In this document: positions 6,759 through 15,964 of the stretch, in pieces | Layout: every line of letters begins with the position of its first letter | Position numbering within the stretch: position 1 is the stretch's first letter | Origin: Candidatus Saccharimonadota bacterium | Lineage (GTDB): Bacteria > Patescibacteriota > Saccharimonadia > Saccharimonadales > Saccharimonadaceae | Length of the DNA: 32,000 bases | Assembly (NCBI RefSeq): GCF_025273655.1 | Contig: NZ_CP045921.1 | Location: 930,001-962,000, forward strand | Direction: 5' to 3' | Position numbers and translations under genes: made by a program | The notes under the pieces: generated by a model | Database searches by the model: none | What the model saw: only the letters and a program-made list of their open reading frames with translations | Told to the model about the DNA's origin: nothing

Positions 6759-8537
6759 CTAGTCCCGCTTGAGCATGACAGTGAACGCTTCGGACGGGAT
6801 ATCAACCTTACCAAACCGCTTCATCCGCTGCTTTCCTTTAGCCTGCTTCTGAAGTAACTTCTTACGACGCGATACGTCTCCACCATAAAGCTTGGCTGTC
6901 ACATCTTTGCGATAGGCAGATATGTCTTCGCGGGCGATGAATTTGCCCCCAATACCCGCTTGCAGGCTCACCTGGAAACTCTGGCGCGGTACCACATCTT
7001 TTAATTTCTTCACTATTTCTCGCCCAAGCCCTTGGCTTTCGCTTCGGTGAGCCATCACACTGAGTGCATCCACCATCTCGCCCGCCACATAGAAATCAAC
7101 TCGCACTAAATCTTCAGGCTTGTAGCCGCTTAGTTCGTAGTTGAAACTGCCGTAGCCGCTTGTCACACTTTTGAGTTGATCATAGAAGTCAGTCAGCAGA
7201 TTCGCGAGTGGCGCTTCAAAACTGATCAGCGCCCGCTCATCGATATAGCTCAGGTTTTTTTGCAAACCGCGTTTGCTCACGATCAGCTGGATCACCGCGC
7301 CGATATACTCGCTTGGCACCACGATTTCGCCATTTATCCATGGCTCGCGGATTTCTGCGATTTTCGTGACGACGGGCAGTTCGGAGGCTGATTTGATATC
7401 AATCTCTTCGCCGCTATTTAATGTCACCTGATAGTCGGTACTGGGATTGGTGACGACAAGGTCTAGATTGTATTCACGCTCCAGCCGCTCGCGAACAATA
7501 TCCATATGGAGCAGGCCTAGAAAACCGATGCGTACGCCGAAACCGAGCACCGGCGAATTCTCGGGCTCGAACTGCAAAGCACTATCGCTGAGACTGAGTT
7601 TTTCGACGGCGTCTTTGAGATCGTTATACTCTTCGTTGCTCACCGGGAAGAAGCCCGCATAGACAAACGGCTTTACGTGCTGATAACCAGGTAGTGGGCT
7701 ATCGGCGTGCGCTCGCTTGACGGTAATCGTATCGCCTACGCGTGCGTCTCTGGTAGTCTTGAGATTTGTGACAATATAGCCAATTTCTCCAGTACCAATA
7801 TCTGATTCTGATTTCATAATTGGACTCAGCGCACCTACTTCCAGCGCCAAGCCATCGGCACCGGTTGCAATCATTTGGATCGTATCACCTTTTCGAATTG
7901 TGCCGTCCACTACCCGAGCATACAAGATGACGCCGCGATAGTCGTCGTAGTAGCTGTCGAAAATCAATGCTCTCGTGGGTGCGGCCATATCACCAAGTGG
8001 CGGCTTGACACGCTCCACTACCGCATCGAGTACATCTGGCACACCTTCACCAGTTTTCGCACTAATCTTGAGGATATCAGATTCATCACAGCCAAGCAGA
8101 TTGATGACCTCCTTGCTGACACGCGGCACGTCAGCTGCTGGCAAATCGACTTTGTTTAGCACTGGTATGATAGTCAAGTTAGCCTCGAGCGCCAAGTAAA
8201 CGTTCGCCAGCGTCTGGGCTTGTATTCCCTGACTGGCATCGACAACCAGGATCGCTCCTTCGCAGGCCTGAAGACTACGCGACACCTCGTAGCTGAAATC
8301 GACATGTCCTGGTGTATCGATAAGATTGAGATCATTACCCTTGTACTGCATGCGAACCGGTGCGAGTTTAATCGTAATACCTTTTTCGCGTTCCAGCTCC
8401 ATACTGTCGAGCAGCTGGCTTTTCATATCGCGTTTCTGGACCGTCCCCGTCATCTCCATCATGCGATCCGCCAAGGTACTTTTGCCGTGGTCGATATGCG
8501 CGATGATGCAGAAATTTCGTATGCGTGACTGATCCAT
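6759..8537 (-). CDS. lepA: Translation elongation factor 4 (LepA)
   Basis: 592 aa. IRNFCIIAHIDHGKSTLADR, DTPGHVDF and NKVD GTPase motifs. Characteristic LepA C-terminal domain. Confidence 0.95.
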   Translation of the reverse strand: MDQSRIRNFCIIAHIDHGKSTLADRMMEMTGTVQKRDMKSQLLDSMELEREKGITIKLAPVRMQYKGNDLNLIDTPGHVDFSYEVSRSLQACEGAILVVDASQGIQAQTLANVYLALEANLTIIPVLNKVDLPAADVPRVSKEVINLLGCDESDILKISAKTGEGVPDVLDAVVERVKPPLGDMAAPTRALIFDSYYDDYRGVILYARVVDGTIRKGDTIQMIATGADGLALEVGALSPIMKSESDIGTGEIGYIVTNLKTTRDARVGDTITVKRAHADSPLPGYQHVKPFVYAGFFPVSNEEYNDLKDAVEKLSLSDSALQFEPENSPVLGFGVRIGFLGLLHMDIVRERLEREYNLDLVVTNPSTDYQVTLNSGEEIDIKSASELPVVTKIAEIREPWINGEIVVPSEYIGAVIQLIVSKRGLQKNLSYIDERALISFEAPLANLLTDFYDQLKSVTSGYGSFNYELSGYKPEDLVRVDFYVAGEMVDALSVMAHRSESQGLGREIVKKLKDVVPRQSFQVSLQAGIGGKFIAREDISAYRKDVTAKLYGGDVSRRKKLLQKQAKGKQRMKRFGKVDIPSEAFTVMLKRD

Positions 8538-8551
8538 AATTATATGGTGTT

Positions 8552-8560
8552 ATTATAGCA
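8552..8560 (-). promoter_or_regulatory. Extended -10 for lepA
   Basis: Minus strand reads TGCTATAAT, 14 nt upstream of the ATG, inside the 40-nt murJ-lepA gap. Confidence 0.45.
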
Positions 8561-8577
8561 TTTTATAGGGGTAAATG

Positions 8578-10197
8578 CTAGCGAGTACGACCAAAGAAGA
8601 CCCGTTTGACACGCCTAACGACAGGACGTGCTTCTTGGAGCGACATCAACTGACTTAGCATGACATAGGCCACCAGGCTTACCGCGACAATGAGGCAGAA
8701 TTTCGGAAAACTCGCAAGAAAACTATTGTCCCCCGCACCAAGTGGAAACGACGTTACCATAAAATAAGTAACAAGTGACATAAGCCCTGTGGCACTTGCC
8801 ATACGCAGTACTGCACTCCAAAAACCATTACCAAACAGGCCCGGTATTCTCCGTGACATCACCATGAAAAGTATTACCACCTCGACCACTGCTACAATCG
8901 ACTGCGCGGCCGCAAGCCCTGCCGCGCCGAGCTCCAGTGTAAACGTAAACCAAATCGCAAGGATGATGTTAAGAGAGATTGCTACAATTGAAATATAGAG
9001 TGGCGTCCTGGTGTCTTGCTGTGCGTAAAAACTACGAGCCGCGATATGATAAATCGAACGAAAGAGAATTGCTACCACAAGAATACCCAACAGCATCGAC
9101 ATCAGCGCATCACCACCATTGTTGATGAAATTAACCAGATAGCCACGCGTGAAAAAAGTAATCAACGATACTGGCAGTGCAATCCATATAATCACTCGTA
9201 GCACGCCCTGCAGCTCATCCCGAAAGAGGTCTGGTCGACCTTGTCCAAGTCGCTCGGTCATCTTGGGGAAAGCAGCCGTACTAATAGCCACGCCGATGAG
9301 ATTGATCGGTACCAAGTGTAGTGTCGTCGCCTGCTGAAATGCGCGCAACGTCCCCTCGGTCATGCGACTCGCCAGGTTCATCTCTACCAGACTTACCGCG
9401 TAGTCCATTCCCTGATCAAACGAACGTGGAGGCAAGAGCTTCAATACCTGGCGAAAACCTTTGTTTTTCCAATAAATCTTGAATTCGTAGTCAAATCCAA
9501 GCCCAATCAGACCAATCGAGCTGACGATGAGTTGCAATATCGACCCAAGTACCACGCCCAGCGCAACACCCATGATACCACCCTCAAATATCTGGACACC
9601 AAAGATAGTGATACCGCTCGTAAAGAACAACGCTCCGATGATAATACCGATGTTATAAATCGTCGGTGCCAGCGCCAAGAATGCGAAGCGCCCCACTGCT
9701 TGCTGCATACTTGCGATTACTGTCGCGATCGCGAACAAGAACGGGTTGACTGCAATCACGCGCATCATACTCACCGCCAGCGCCATACCAGACTCGCTCA
9801 GTCCTGGCGCGATGATATAACGCAGGATAGGATCGGCAAAAATGATAATGAGTACGCTCGCAATCAGCGTAATCAGTGCCATGAAGTTTATCAAACTTGA
9901 GCTGAGCTGCCAGGCAGACTTCTTGTTGCCTGTCGCGAGGCGCTGATTGAGTACGGGTATAAACGTGACACTCAGCGCACCTGACACCAGTATGAAAAAC
10001 ATGAAATCTGGCACCGTAAATGCAGCCGTATAGGCATCGATACCCACTTTATATGTATCATAATACATACCATTCAACAGACGATCGCGAAACAACCCAA
10101 GCGCGCTTGATAGCAAGGTGGCACTCGCCAAAAGCGCAGCGGCTAGCTGAATGCTAAGCCGCTTGTTCATGCGTAGTACTGCTGCTCGAACTCCCAT
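8578..10197 (-). CDS. murJ: Lipid II flippase MurJ (MviN family)
   Basis: 539 aa and about 14 TM segments. N-terminal LGLFRDRLL motif. AAAGG SD overlaps the ftsH stop. Confidence 0.85.
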   Translation of the reverse strand: MGVRAAVLRMNKRLSIQLAAALLASATLLSSALGLFRDRLLNGMYYDTYKVGIDAYTAAFTVPDFMFFILVSGALSVTFIPVLNQRLATGNKKSAWQLSSSLINFMALITLIASVLIIIFADPILRYIIAPGLSESGMALAVSMMRVIAVNPFLFAIATVIASMQQAVGRFAFLALAPTIYNIGIIIGALFFTSGITIFGVQIFEGGIMGVALGVVLGSILQLIVSSIGLIGLGFDYEFKIYWKNKGFRQVLKLLPPRSFDQGMDYAVSLVEMNLASRMTEGTLRAFQQATTLHLVPINLIGVAISTAAFPKMTERLGQGRPDLFRDELQGVLRVIIWIALPVSLITFFTRGYLVNFINNGGDALMSMLLGILVVAILFRSIYHIAARSFYAQQDTRTPLYISIVAISLNIILAIWFTFTLELGAAGLAAAQSIVAVVEVVILFMVMSRRIPGLFGNGFWSAVLRMASATGLMSLVTYFMVTSFPLGAGDNSFLASFPKFCLIVAVSLVAYVMLSQLMSLQEARPVVRRVKRVFFGRTR

Positions 10198-10209
10198 TTT
10201 GATGTACCT

Positions 10210-12093
10210 TTAGGCGTGCAGCTTAGCCTCTTTTGGTAGTGTGGCATCTTTGAGCGCTTCGTCGACAGCTGTTTCTTCGAGTGTCTCTTCTTTGAGTAGC
10301 GCCTTGGCGAGCGTATCAAGACTCTTACGATTCTGCGTAATCACCAACTCAGCGCGATGAGCAGCTTCTTTGATGAGACCCTCGACCTCTTCGTCGATTA
10401 GCTTGGCAGTCGCGTCACTGTATGGGCGCTCGTGGGTAATTTTGTCGAATACCATGCCGCCATTATCTTCGTGGAATACTTGGTCGCGCAGTTTAGTACC
10501 CATACCCTGCTCAATCACCATGTCTCGCGCAATCTCGGTCGCCTTACGCAGGTCGCTACCGGCGCCAGTTGTAATACCATCGTCGCCGTAGAGAATCTTT
10601 TCGGCTACTCGACCGCCCATCGCACGTGCCAGGATATCTTTGAACTCATAGACACTGGTATAGCTCTTGTCTTCTGGCGGTAGGAACCATGTTACACCAC
10701 CCGTGCCACCACGCGGGATGATCGTGACTTTGTGGACTGGGTCACTGTCTGGCAATACATGCCCAACAATGGCGTGGCCGGCTTCATGGTAAGCTGTGAG
10801 CTCTTTTTCTTTGTCGCCCATCACCTTGGCTTTGCGTTCTGGACCGATGGCGACTTTTTCGAACGCTTCGGTAAGATCCGCATTGCTAATCTTCTTGCTG
10901 TTACGGCGCGCAGCGATGATCGCAGCCTCGTTGGCGATGTTTGCCAAGTCTGCACCAGATGAACCTGCGGTCTTGGCAGCCAGTTTGTCGAGATTCACAC
11001 CATCTTCGGTAGGCTTGTTTTTGAAATGCACTTTCAGGATAGCTTCACGGTCTTTACGCTCTGGAAGCATAATATTTGTACGGCGATCGAAACGACCCGG
11101 ACGCAGCAGTGCTGGGTCGAGCACATCTGCACGGTTAGTTGCAGCAAGTACAATCACATTTGTGCCAGTTTCGAAGCCATCCATCTCGACCAGGATTTGG
11201 TTGAGCGTCTGTTCACGCTCATCGTGACCACCGCCCATGCCACTGCCGCGCTTACGGCCGACAGCATCGATTTCATCGATGAAGATAATTGCCGGAGCAT
11301 TCTTCTTGGCTTTTTGGAACAAATCTCGCACACGAGAAGCCCCGACACCCACAAACATTTCGACGAATTCAGAACCAGAAATAGAGAAGAACGGCACGTT
11401 CGCTTCGCCCGCCACCGCACGTGCCAGCATGGTTTTACCAGTACCCGGATTACCCACCAGCAGCACACCTTTTGGAATTTTGGCGCCAAGTTGCTCGTAC
11501 TTCTTCGGACTCTTCAGAAAATCTACGACCTCTTCGAGATCTTGCTTGGCAGCATCATTGCCAGCGATATCGGCGAATACAACTTTTTCTTTGTCGAGAC
11601 CATACAGCTTAGCTTTGCTCTTACCGAAGCCCATTGCCTGATTGTTTTGACCCTGGGCTTGGCGCATCATAAACATGAAGAAACCGATAATCACGATGGT
11701 TGGAATCAAGATAATCGCCATATTCCAGATGATATCGCTAGTATTTGATGGCGCTTTGTCATCAATAACGGTTGCCTTGGCTTGCTCGGTCAGCGTGTCG
11801 TCGCGCAGTAATGTACCAATACCACCCTGGATATAGGTTGTCTCGGTCGGCTTATCTTGGCCTTTCGGCGTAATCTTCAGATCTCCGCCCTGGCCTTCGA
11901 TGCGTGCAATCTCGCCCTTGTTGGCACGTTGAACCACATCAGAGATCGGGACTTCTTTAAGCTGCTCTGGTGGCGAGAAGATAGCTACCAGCGACAAGGC
12001 GATCACGATCACAATAGCCCAGAACAGTGACAAACGTAGGTAGTTTGTCATATTAGAATTTTTTTTCGGATTTGGACGTTTTTTCGCCGCCAT
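10210..12093 (-). CDS. ftsH: ATP-dependent zinc metalloprotease FtsH
   Basis: 627 aa. Walker A GNPGTGKT, Walker B IIFIDEID, second region of homology, and HEAGH zinc site. Confidence 0.95.
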   Translation of the reverse strand: MAAKKRPNPKKNSNMTNYLRLSLFWAIVIVIALSLVAIFSPPEQLKEVPISDVVQRANKGEIARIEGQGGDLKITPKGQDKPTETTYIQGGIGTLLRDDTLTEQAKATVIDDKAPSNTSDIIWNMAIILIPTIVIIGFFMFMMRQAQGQNNQAMGFGKSKAKLYGLDKEKVVFADIAGNDAAKQDLEEVVDFLKSPKKYEQLGAKIPKGVLLVGNPGTGKTMLARAVAGEANVPFFSISGSEFVEMFVGVGASRVRDLFQKAKKNAPAIIFIDEIDAVGRKRGSGMGGGHDEREQTLNQILVEMDGFETGTNVIVLAATNRADVLDPALLRPGRFDRRTNIMLPERKDREAILKVHFKNKPTEDGVNLDKLAAKTAGSSGADLANIANEAAIIAARRNSKKISNADLTEAFEKVAIGPERKAKVMGDKEKELTAYHEAGHAIVGHVLPDSDPVHKVTIIPRGGTGGVTWFLPPEDKSYTSVYEFKDILARAMGGRVAEKILYGDDGITTGAGSDLRKATEIARDMVIEQGMGTKLRDQVFHEDNGGMVFDKITHERPYSDATAKLIDEEVEGLIKEAAHRAELVITQNRKSLDTLAKALLKEETLEETAVDEALKDATLPKEAKLHA

Positions 12094-12160
12094 AAAATCA
12101 GCCGTGATTCCTTTCTGGTTTTCTAAGAGTACAAATTATAATCCCACTAGTACTAGTATA

Positions 12161-13009
12161 TCATTTTTTGCGAACCTCGATACGAAACTCGTCGGTCGTA
12201 AAACACAAACAATACCGCTTCGTAAGATGGTACTCGCCGCCAGACTTCGCAGTCTTGATCGCTAGCAGCGCACGATGAAGCTGCGGCCGGGTAAGTGCTA
12301 TACCGAGCGTATGTGCTAGCACCTCTATGGCAGCCGCTGGCGGCATCATAATATATGGGTAGCGCCGAAAACTCGCATGCTGGTGCGATTCATGCAGTAT
12401 GTCACGCTTCAGCTCATGCTGGCGTCGCCAAAGCGCTAGTAGTTCTAGCCGCGTGTCGAGCGGCAAGTGCTGCGCTTGCTTACGTAGACGATTACGCAGG
12501 TACTTGTCACTGGCATTCGTACTGTCTTCACGCCACTCTAAGTTATGTCGCTTAGCATAGTCGACAACTTCGTGCTTAAACCATACTGTCATAGGCCGAT
12601 AGATATCGTCGGCGCCAAATACCGCCAGCCCACGCCAGCCCGTACCACGTAGTAGATTAATCGCGACCGTCTCCACGACATCATCTGCATGATGGGCCGT
12701 TACGATCACGCCGCCGTAGCGCTCGGCTACCTGGCGCAAAAACGCATAGCGCTCACGTCGCGCCACATCCTCACCTGCCCCCTCACCAAGGGCAAGGCGC
12801 GTCATTTCAAATGGCACTCCATACCGCTTCGCAAGACTGCGGACAAACTGTGCATCTTTACCACTATCTGGACGAATCCCATGATCTACATGCGCGACCA
12901 CTACGTCCGAGCTGTGATGCGTGAGCAATGCATGGAGCAGCACGACCGAATCCACGCCGCCACTTACCGCGACAACATACCGTGGTCGGTTCGTAAGCTG
13001 ATTAGTCAC
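12161..13009 (-). CDS. tilS: tRNA(Ile)-lysidine synthetase TilS
   Basis: PP-loop VAVSGGVDS. Conserved tilS-ftsH adjacency. The ORF track extends to 13132, but I prefer the GTG at 13009 (VTNQLTNRPRYVVAVSGG), which overlaps the upstream small gene by only 8 nt. The start is uncertain. Confidence 0.8.
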   Translation of the reverse strand: MTNQLTNRPRYVVAVSGGVDSVVLLHALLTHHSSDVVVAHVDHGIRPDSGKDAQFVRSLAKRYGVPFEMTRLALGEGAGEDVARRERYAFLRQVAERYGGVIVTAHHADDVVETVAINLLRGTGWRGLAVFGADDIYRPMTVWFKHEVVDYAKRHNLEWREDSTNASDKYLRNRLRKQAQHLPLDTRLELLALWRRQHELKRDILHESHQHASFRRYPYIMMPPAAAIEVLAHTLGIALTRPQLHRALLAIKTAKSGGEYHLTKRYCLCFTTDEFRIEVRKK

Positions 13010-13178
13010 CGAATCTTTTGCCCGCCCAAACACCGAGCATGATACAGACGATACCACCCACGAGGCCGCCCAGCACCGACCATGCATCAAACGAATTATA
13101 ATCACCAAAAAGCATCGGAACGACAGATCCAACCGTCATACCAAGTACAGCGAAAAATCCAATTGTTTTTTTGTTCAT
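13002..13178 (-). CDS. Small two-TM glycine-rich membrane protein
   Basis: 58 aa from the internal ATG of ORF 13002..13373 (MNKKTIGFFAVLGMTVG...GGLVGGIVCIMLGVWAGKRFGD). TATACT lies exactly 6 nt upstream of the ATG. Confidence 0.5.
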   Translation of the reverse strand: MNKKTIGFFAVLGMTVGSVVPMLFGDYNSFDAWSVLGGLVGGIVCIMLGVWAGKRFGD

Positions 13179-13184
13179 AGCTCT

Positions 13185-13190
13185 AGTATA
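13185..13190 (-). promoter_or_regulatory. -10 hexamer with leaderless geometry
   Basis: Minus strand reads TATACT-agagct-ATG (6-nt spacing). Confidence 0.35.
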
Positions 13191-13265
13191 CGCCGAAATG
13201 CTTGCGCTTCCGATACAATTGCGTGATACTCTGGAAGTGTGCACCAGACTACACGTAGAAAAACT

Positions 13266-14228
13266 ATGACATATATACTTATCACCCTCATGGGCTTGGT
13301 AGGCCTTGCCCTTGCCGCATTCCTCATCTTGTATTTTATCCCTCACCGCAGCAGCAACCTTCAGCAAGTTCATACCGAAAAGCTATCATACGAGACGGCT
13401 ATCGCTCGTATCATCACCCAGCAAAAAACCGACTCATCTCAGACAAATTTCGAACAAGGCTGCGAGTCACGAAGTTATGTCCATGACAAAAAAGTCGCTC
13501 GCAGTGTAGTCATGTTCCACGGTATCACCTCCTGCCCTTCTCAGTACTCCGAGCTTGCCAAGACATTTTACGACGCAGGCTACAATGTCTACGTTCCGCT
13601 CGCACCGCAGCATGGCACCACTAAAAATCCCGAAGCAACAAGCGACGTCACACTAGCAGAACTCACGAAGTACGTAGGCGACAGCTACTCGATTGCCAGT
13701 GGCCTCGGCGATTCGATTGGTTTTGTTGGCATATCTGGTGGCGCCGATCTTGCTACATGGGGTGCGCAGTATATCGATGACGTCTCCCGCCTGCTCGTAC
13801 TTTCACCATTTTATGAGATTGCCCCCGGTGCCTCACCGCGCTGGCAAAAACCGATTCTCCTCACACTCTATGGCATGAACCTGGCACCAGATCGTATTAC
13901 TCAAGGTTTTTCAGTACGCGCGCTTGCCAAGTACCTCACACTTGTCGAAAACTACCGCTCAGATTTGACAACCACTCACCTCAAGCATGTTGCCGTCGTG
14001 ACTTCAGAAAAAGACACACAAATCGATCTCAACGAAGCTCACCGCATTGCACAAAGCCTTGCAAAAAACAGCAAAGCCTCATTCCGCCAGACTCGCCTCG
14101 CAGCCGACATGGGCATCGGCCATGACATACTCAATCCCACCGACGCTGCTGTCGCCAAACACCAAGCCCAGCTAAACGATCTCTACCTCAGCTTCTACGA
14201 AAATCGTGACCCCGCCAAAGAACTATAA
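13266..14228 (+). CDS. Membrane-anchored alpha/beta hydrolase
   Basis: N-terminal TM (ILITLMGLVGLALAAFLILYF), HG oxyanion motif (VVMFHGITS), nucleophile GISGG, C-terminal GHD. ATG at 13266 is preferred over the GTG at 13239. Confidence 0.7.
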   Translation: MTYILITLMGLVGLALAAFLILYFIPHRSSNLQQVHTEKLSYETAIARIITQQKTDSSQTNFEQGCESRSYVHDKKVARSVVMFHGITSCPSQYSELAKTFYDAGYNVYVPLAPQHGTTKNPEATSDVTLAELTKYVGDSYSIASGLGDSIGFVGISGGADLATWGAQYIDDVSRLLVLSPFYEIAPGASPRWQKPILLTLYGMNLAPDRITQGFSVRALAKYLTLVENYRSDLTTTHLKHVAVVTSEKDTQIDLNEAHRIAQSLAKNSKASFRQTRLAADMGIGHDILNPTDAAVAKHQAQLNDLYLSFYENRDPAKEL

Positions 14229-15512
14229 ATACCTCGTACTACCAAAAGGGATCTTCTCGTCAATCGCCTGATACATACCCAGCGTATCGGCGCTATGAAT
14301 CACGTGTTTGCCGTAGCGACTGTTAATCTCGTCTACCGCGCCCACTAGCGCATGCTCGCGCGCCAGCTCATCGCCAAACAAGCTCAGCTGCGGATCTTCG
14401 TCATCGCTCAGCTCATACAGCGTCACGCCGATTGTGCGGATCAGCGGTGGTGCACCGACAAACAGTTGCCTGGCTTGCTCATAAATAGCCTGATCAGAGA
14501 AAAACGGCATAGTGCTCATGTGCCGCGCATGCCAGTAGCGACTACCCGTTCGCTGCTCCCAGCCGCCGCTTGCTGCCTCAGGAGAGCCTTTTTCTCGGTG
14601 CGTCGTCGCCCACACCTGCACACCGCGCGCGACTTTGCCCTGACTGCGAATCTTCTTGCCGGTCGCTTCACACAAGTGGTGCAGACGCTTCAGTATCTGC
14701 TCGTATGGCATATTATACGCATCCAACACAAACTGTCGCCCAGCCGTTTTCATGGCGTAGTCTACATCATCCACCTCCCAACCGCGCAGGCGCTGGTACC
14801 ACTGCGAGCCATTGATACTTTTGAACACCATAGTGCGCAGCAGCTGCTCGTCGGCATCCAGAAACTCCAGCGGCGTGGTGATACCTACCGCACTCAGCCT
14901 TGCTTCGTTGCGCGCGGCAATACCCGTAAGCTCGGTCAGCTCGAGACCTGCGTATATCTCACGCAAGTTCTGCGCCGTTATTACATCTAGACCATCCGGT
15001 TTGTGCAAGCTCGCCGCCGTCTTAGCCAGGAAACGATTGGTTGCAATTCCGACATTACACCGCATCGCTCGCCCTATCTCATCGCATAGCCGCTGCTTGA
15101 TTTCGTAACCAATCTCTTCAATCCCCCTTTCCCGTATCGCCCTGGGTGCCTGCGAAAAATCTATTACACCTTCGTCGATACTTTTCATGCGCACATGTGC
15201 CGAATAGTCGTTCATGATGTCAAGAAGTCGATGATATACATAGCGATATTTGGGTGGATCACTCTCCACCCCTACAAGTTCCGGACATAGCTTCTTGGCA
15301 TCCTTTAGCTTCATGCCGAGCATCACACCGGCCCTCTTAGCCTCGTAACTGGCCGTCACGATCATGGTGTGCTCGGTGCGGCGATTTACTACTGCCACCG
15401 GCCTATCTCTCAGCATAGGCCGTGCCTGCTGCTCTACCGTAGCAAAGCAACTATTGAGATCGATATGCATCACAAGTGGCTGCGCGGGATTGTAGTGCTC
15501 GTATATATTCAT
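14223..15512 (-). CDS. Y-family DNA polymerase (DinB/UmuC-like)
   Basis: 429 aa. HIDLNSCFATVEQ and SIDEGVIDF catalytic motifs. The ATG overlaps the stop of the upstream small ORF (ATGA). Confidence 0.9.
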   Translation of the reverse strand: MNIYEHYNPAQPLVMHIDLNSCFATVEQQARPMLRDRPVAVVNRRTEHTMIVTASYEAKRAGVMLGMKLKDAKKLCPELVGVESDPPKYRYVYHRLLDIMNDYSAHVRMKSIDEGVIDFSQAPRAIRERGIEEIGYEIKQRLCDEIGRAMRCNVGIATNRFLAKTAASLHKPDGLDVITAQNLREIYAGLELTELTGIAARNEARLSAVGITTPLEFLDADEQLLRTMVFKSINGSQWYQRLRGWEVDDVDYAMKTAGRQFVLDAYNMPYEQILKRLHHLCEATGKKIRSQGKVARGVQVWATTHREKGSPEAASGGWEQRTGSRYWHARHMSTMPFFSDQAIYEQARQLFVGAPPLIRTIGVTLYELSDDEDPQLSLFGDELAREHALVGAVDEINSRYGKHVIHSADTLGMYQAIDEKIPFGSTRYL

Positions 15513-15772
15513 GGCCTATCTCCTTCGCGCGTCAATCTCCACGTGAGCCGCTCCGTGTCAAACTCCAGCCGATAATCTGCTGCACCGTCCGTTACGTCGA
15601 ACGCATGGATTGTACGTCTCCCCTTCATCGTGGGATGCCTGAGGCCAATCTCCTCCACAGTAACCTCGCGGCCATTCGCACGCCGAAACCGTACCGGTAC
15701 ACAGGGATTCAGCCCTACGCCAAACGTCGCCACCACATCTATTCGTTCATTGAGGAAAAGCTCATCATTCAT
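15509..15772 (-). CDS. Small accessory ORF translationally coupled to the Y-family polymerase
   Basis: 87 aa from the ATG at 15772 (the ORF-track start at 15778 is TTG), with GGAG 10 nt upstream. Beta-rich pattern PVRFRRANGREVTVEEI...HAFDVTDGAADYRLEFDTERLTWRL. 4-nt ATGA overlap with the polymerase. Confidence 0.6.
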   Translation of the reverse strand: MNDELFLNERIDVVATFGVGLNPCVPVRFRRANGREVTVEEIGLRHPTMKGRRTIHAFDVTDGAADYRLEFDTERLTWRLTREGDRP

Positions 15773-15964
15773 AATCAAAAATCTCCAAATTACAGTTTAG
15801 AGAAACGATTCTGATTGTTCGCCCGTCCTACTCGCCCGTTTCTAGCCAGAGTCCGAAGACGATGAATGATGCTACCGGAGGGACGCTTTGCTCTGGGAAA
15901 AGCTAGTGTGTATCGCGGTGCTATGTAACTATTATACCACCCAAGTACGACGATCTACAGCCCC

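Noticed and set aside
11026-11748. 240-aa plus-strand ORF, with the neighbouring 10796..11227 and 11237..11641 ORFs, antisense to ftsH
   Set aside because: ftsH on the minus strand has unambiguous Walker, SRH and HEAGH motifs across this span. The antisense ORFs have no motifs or SD, and their composition is typical of shadow frames.
14352-14990. 212-aa plus-strand ORF antisense to the Y-family polymerase
   Set aside because: It is a shadow ORF inside a gene with clear catalytic motifs. It is Arg/Leu/Gln-rich with no recognisable domain.
15802-15821. CGAACAATCAGAATCGTTTC (minus strand) considered as a LexA/Cheo-type SOS box upstream of the polymerase cassette
   Set aside because: The half-site spacing and symmetry do not fit GAAC-N4-GTTC or other known LexA box architectures. 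No similar sequence lies upstream of the exonuclease/Cho gene.
15842-15906. Nested hairpins considered as an SRP (4.5S) or other known small RNA
   Set aside because: The conserved SRP helix-8 motifs (GGAA tetraloop with AGCA/GGAAG symmetric loop) are absent. It is kept only as a low-interest structural observation.
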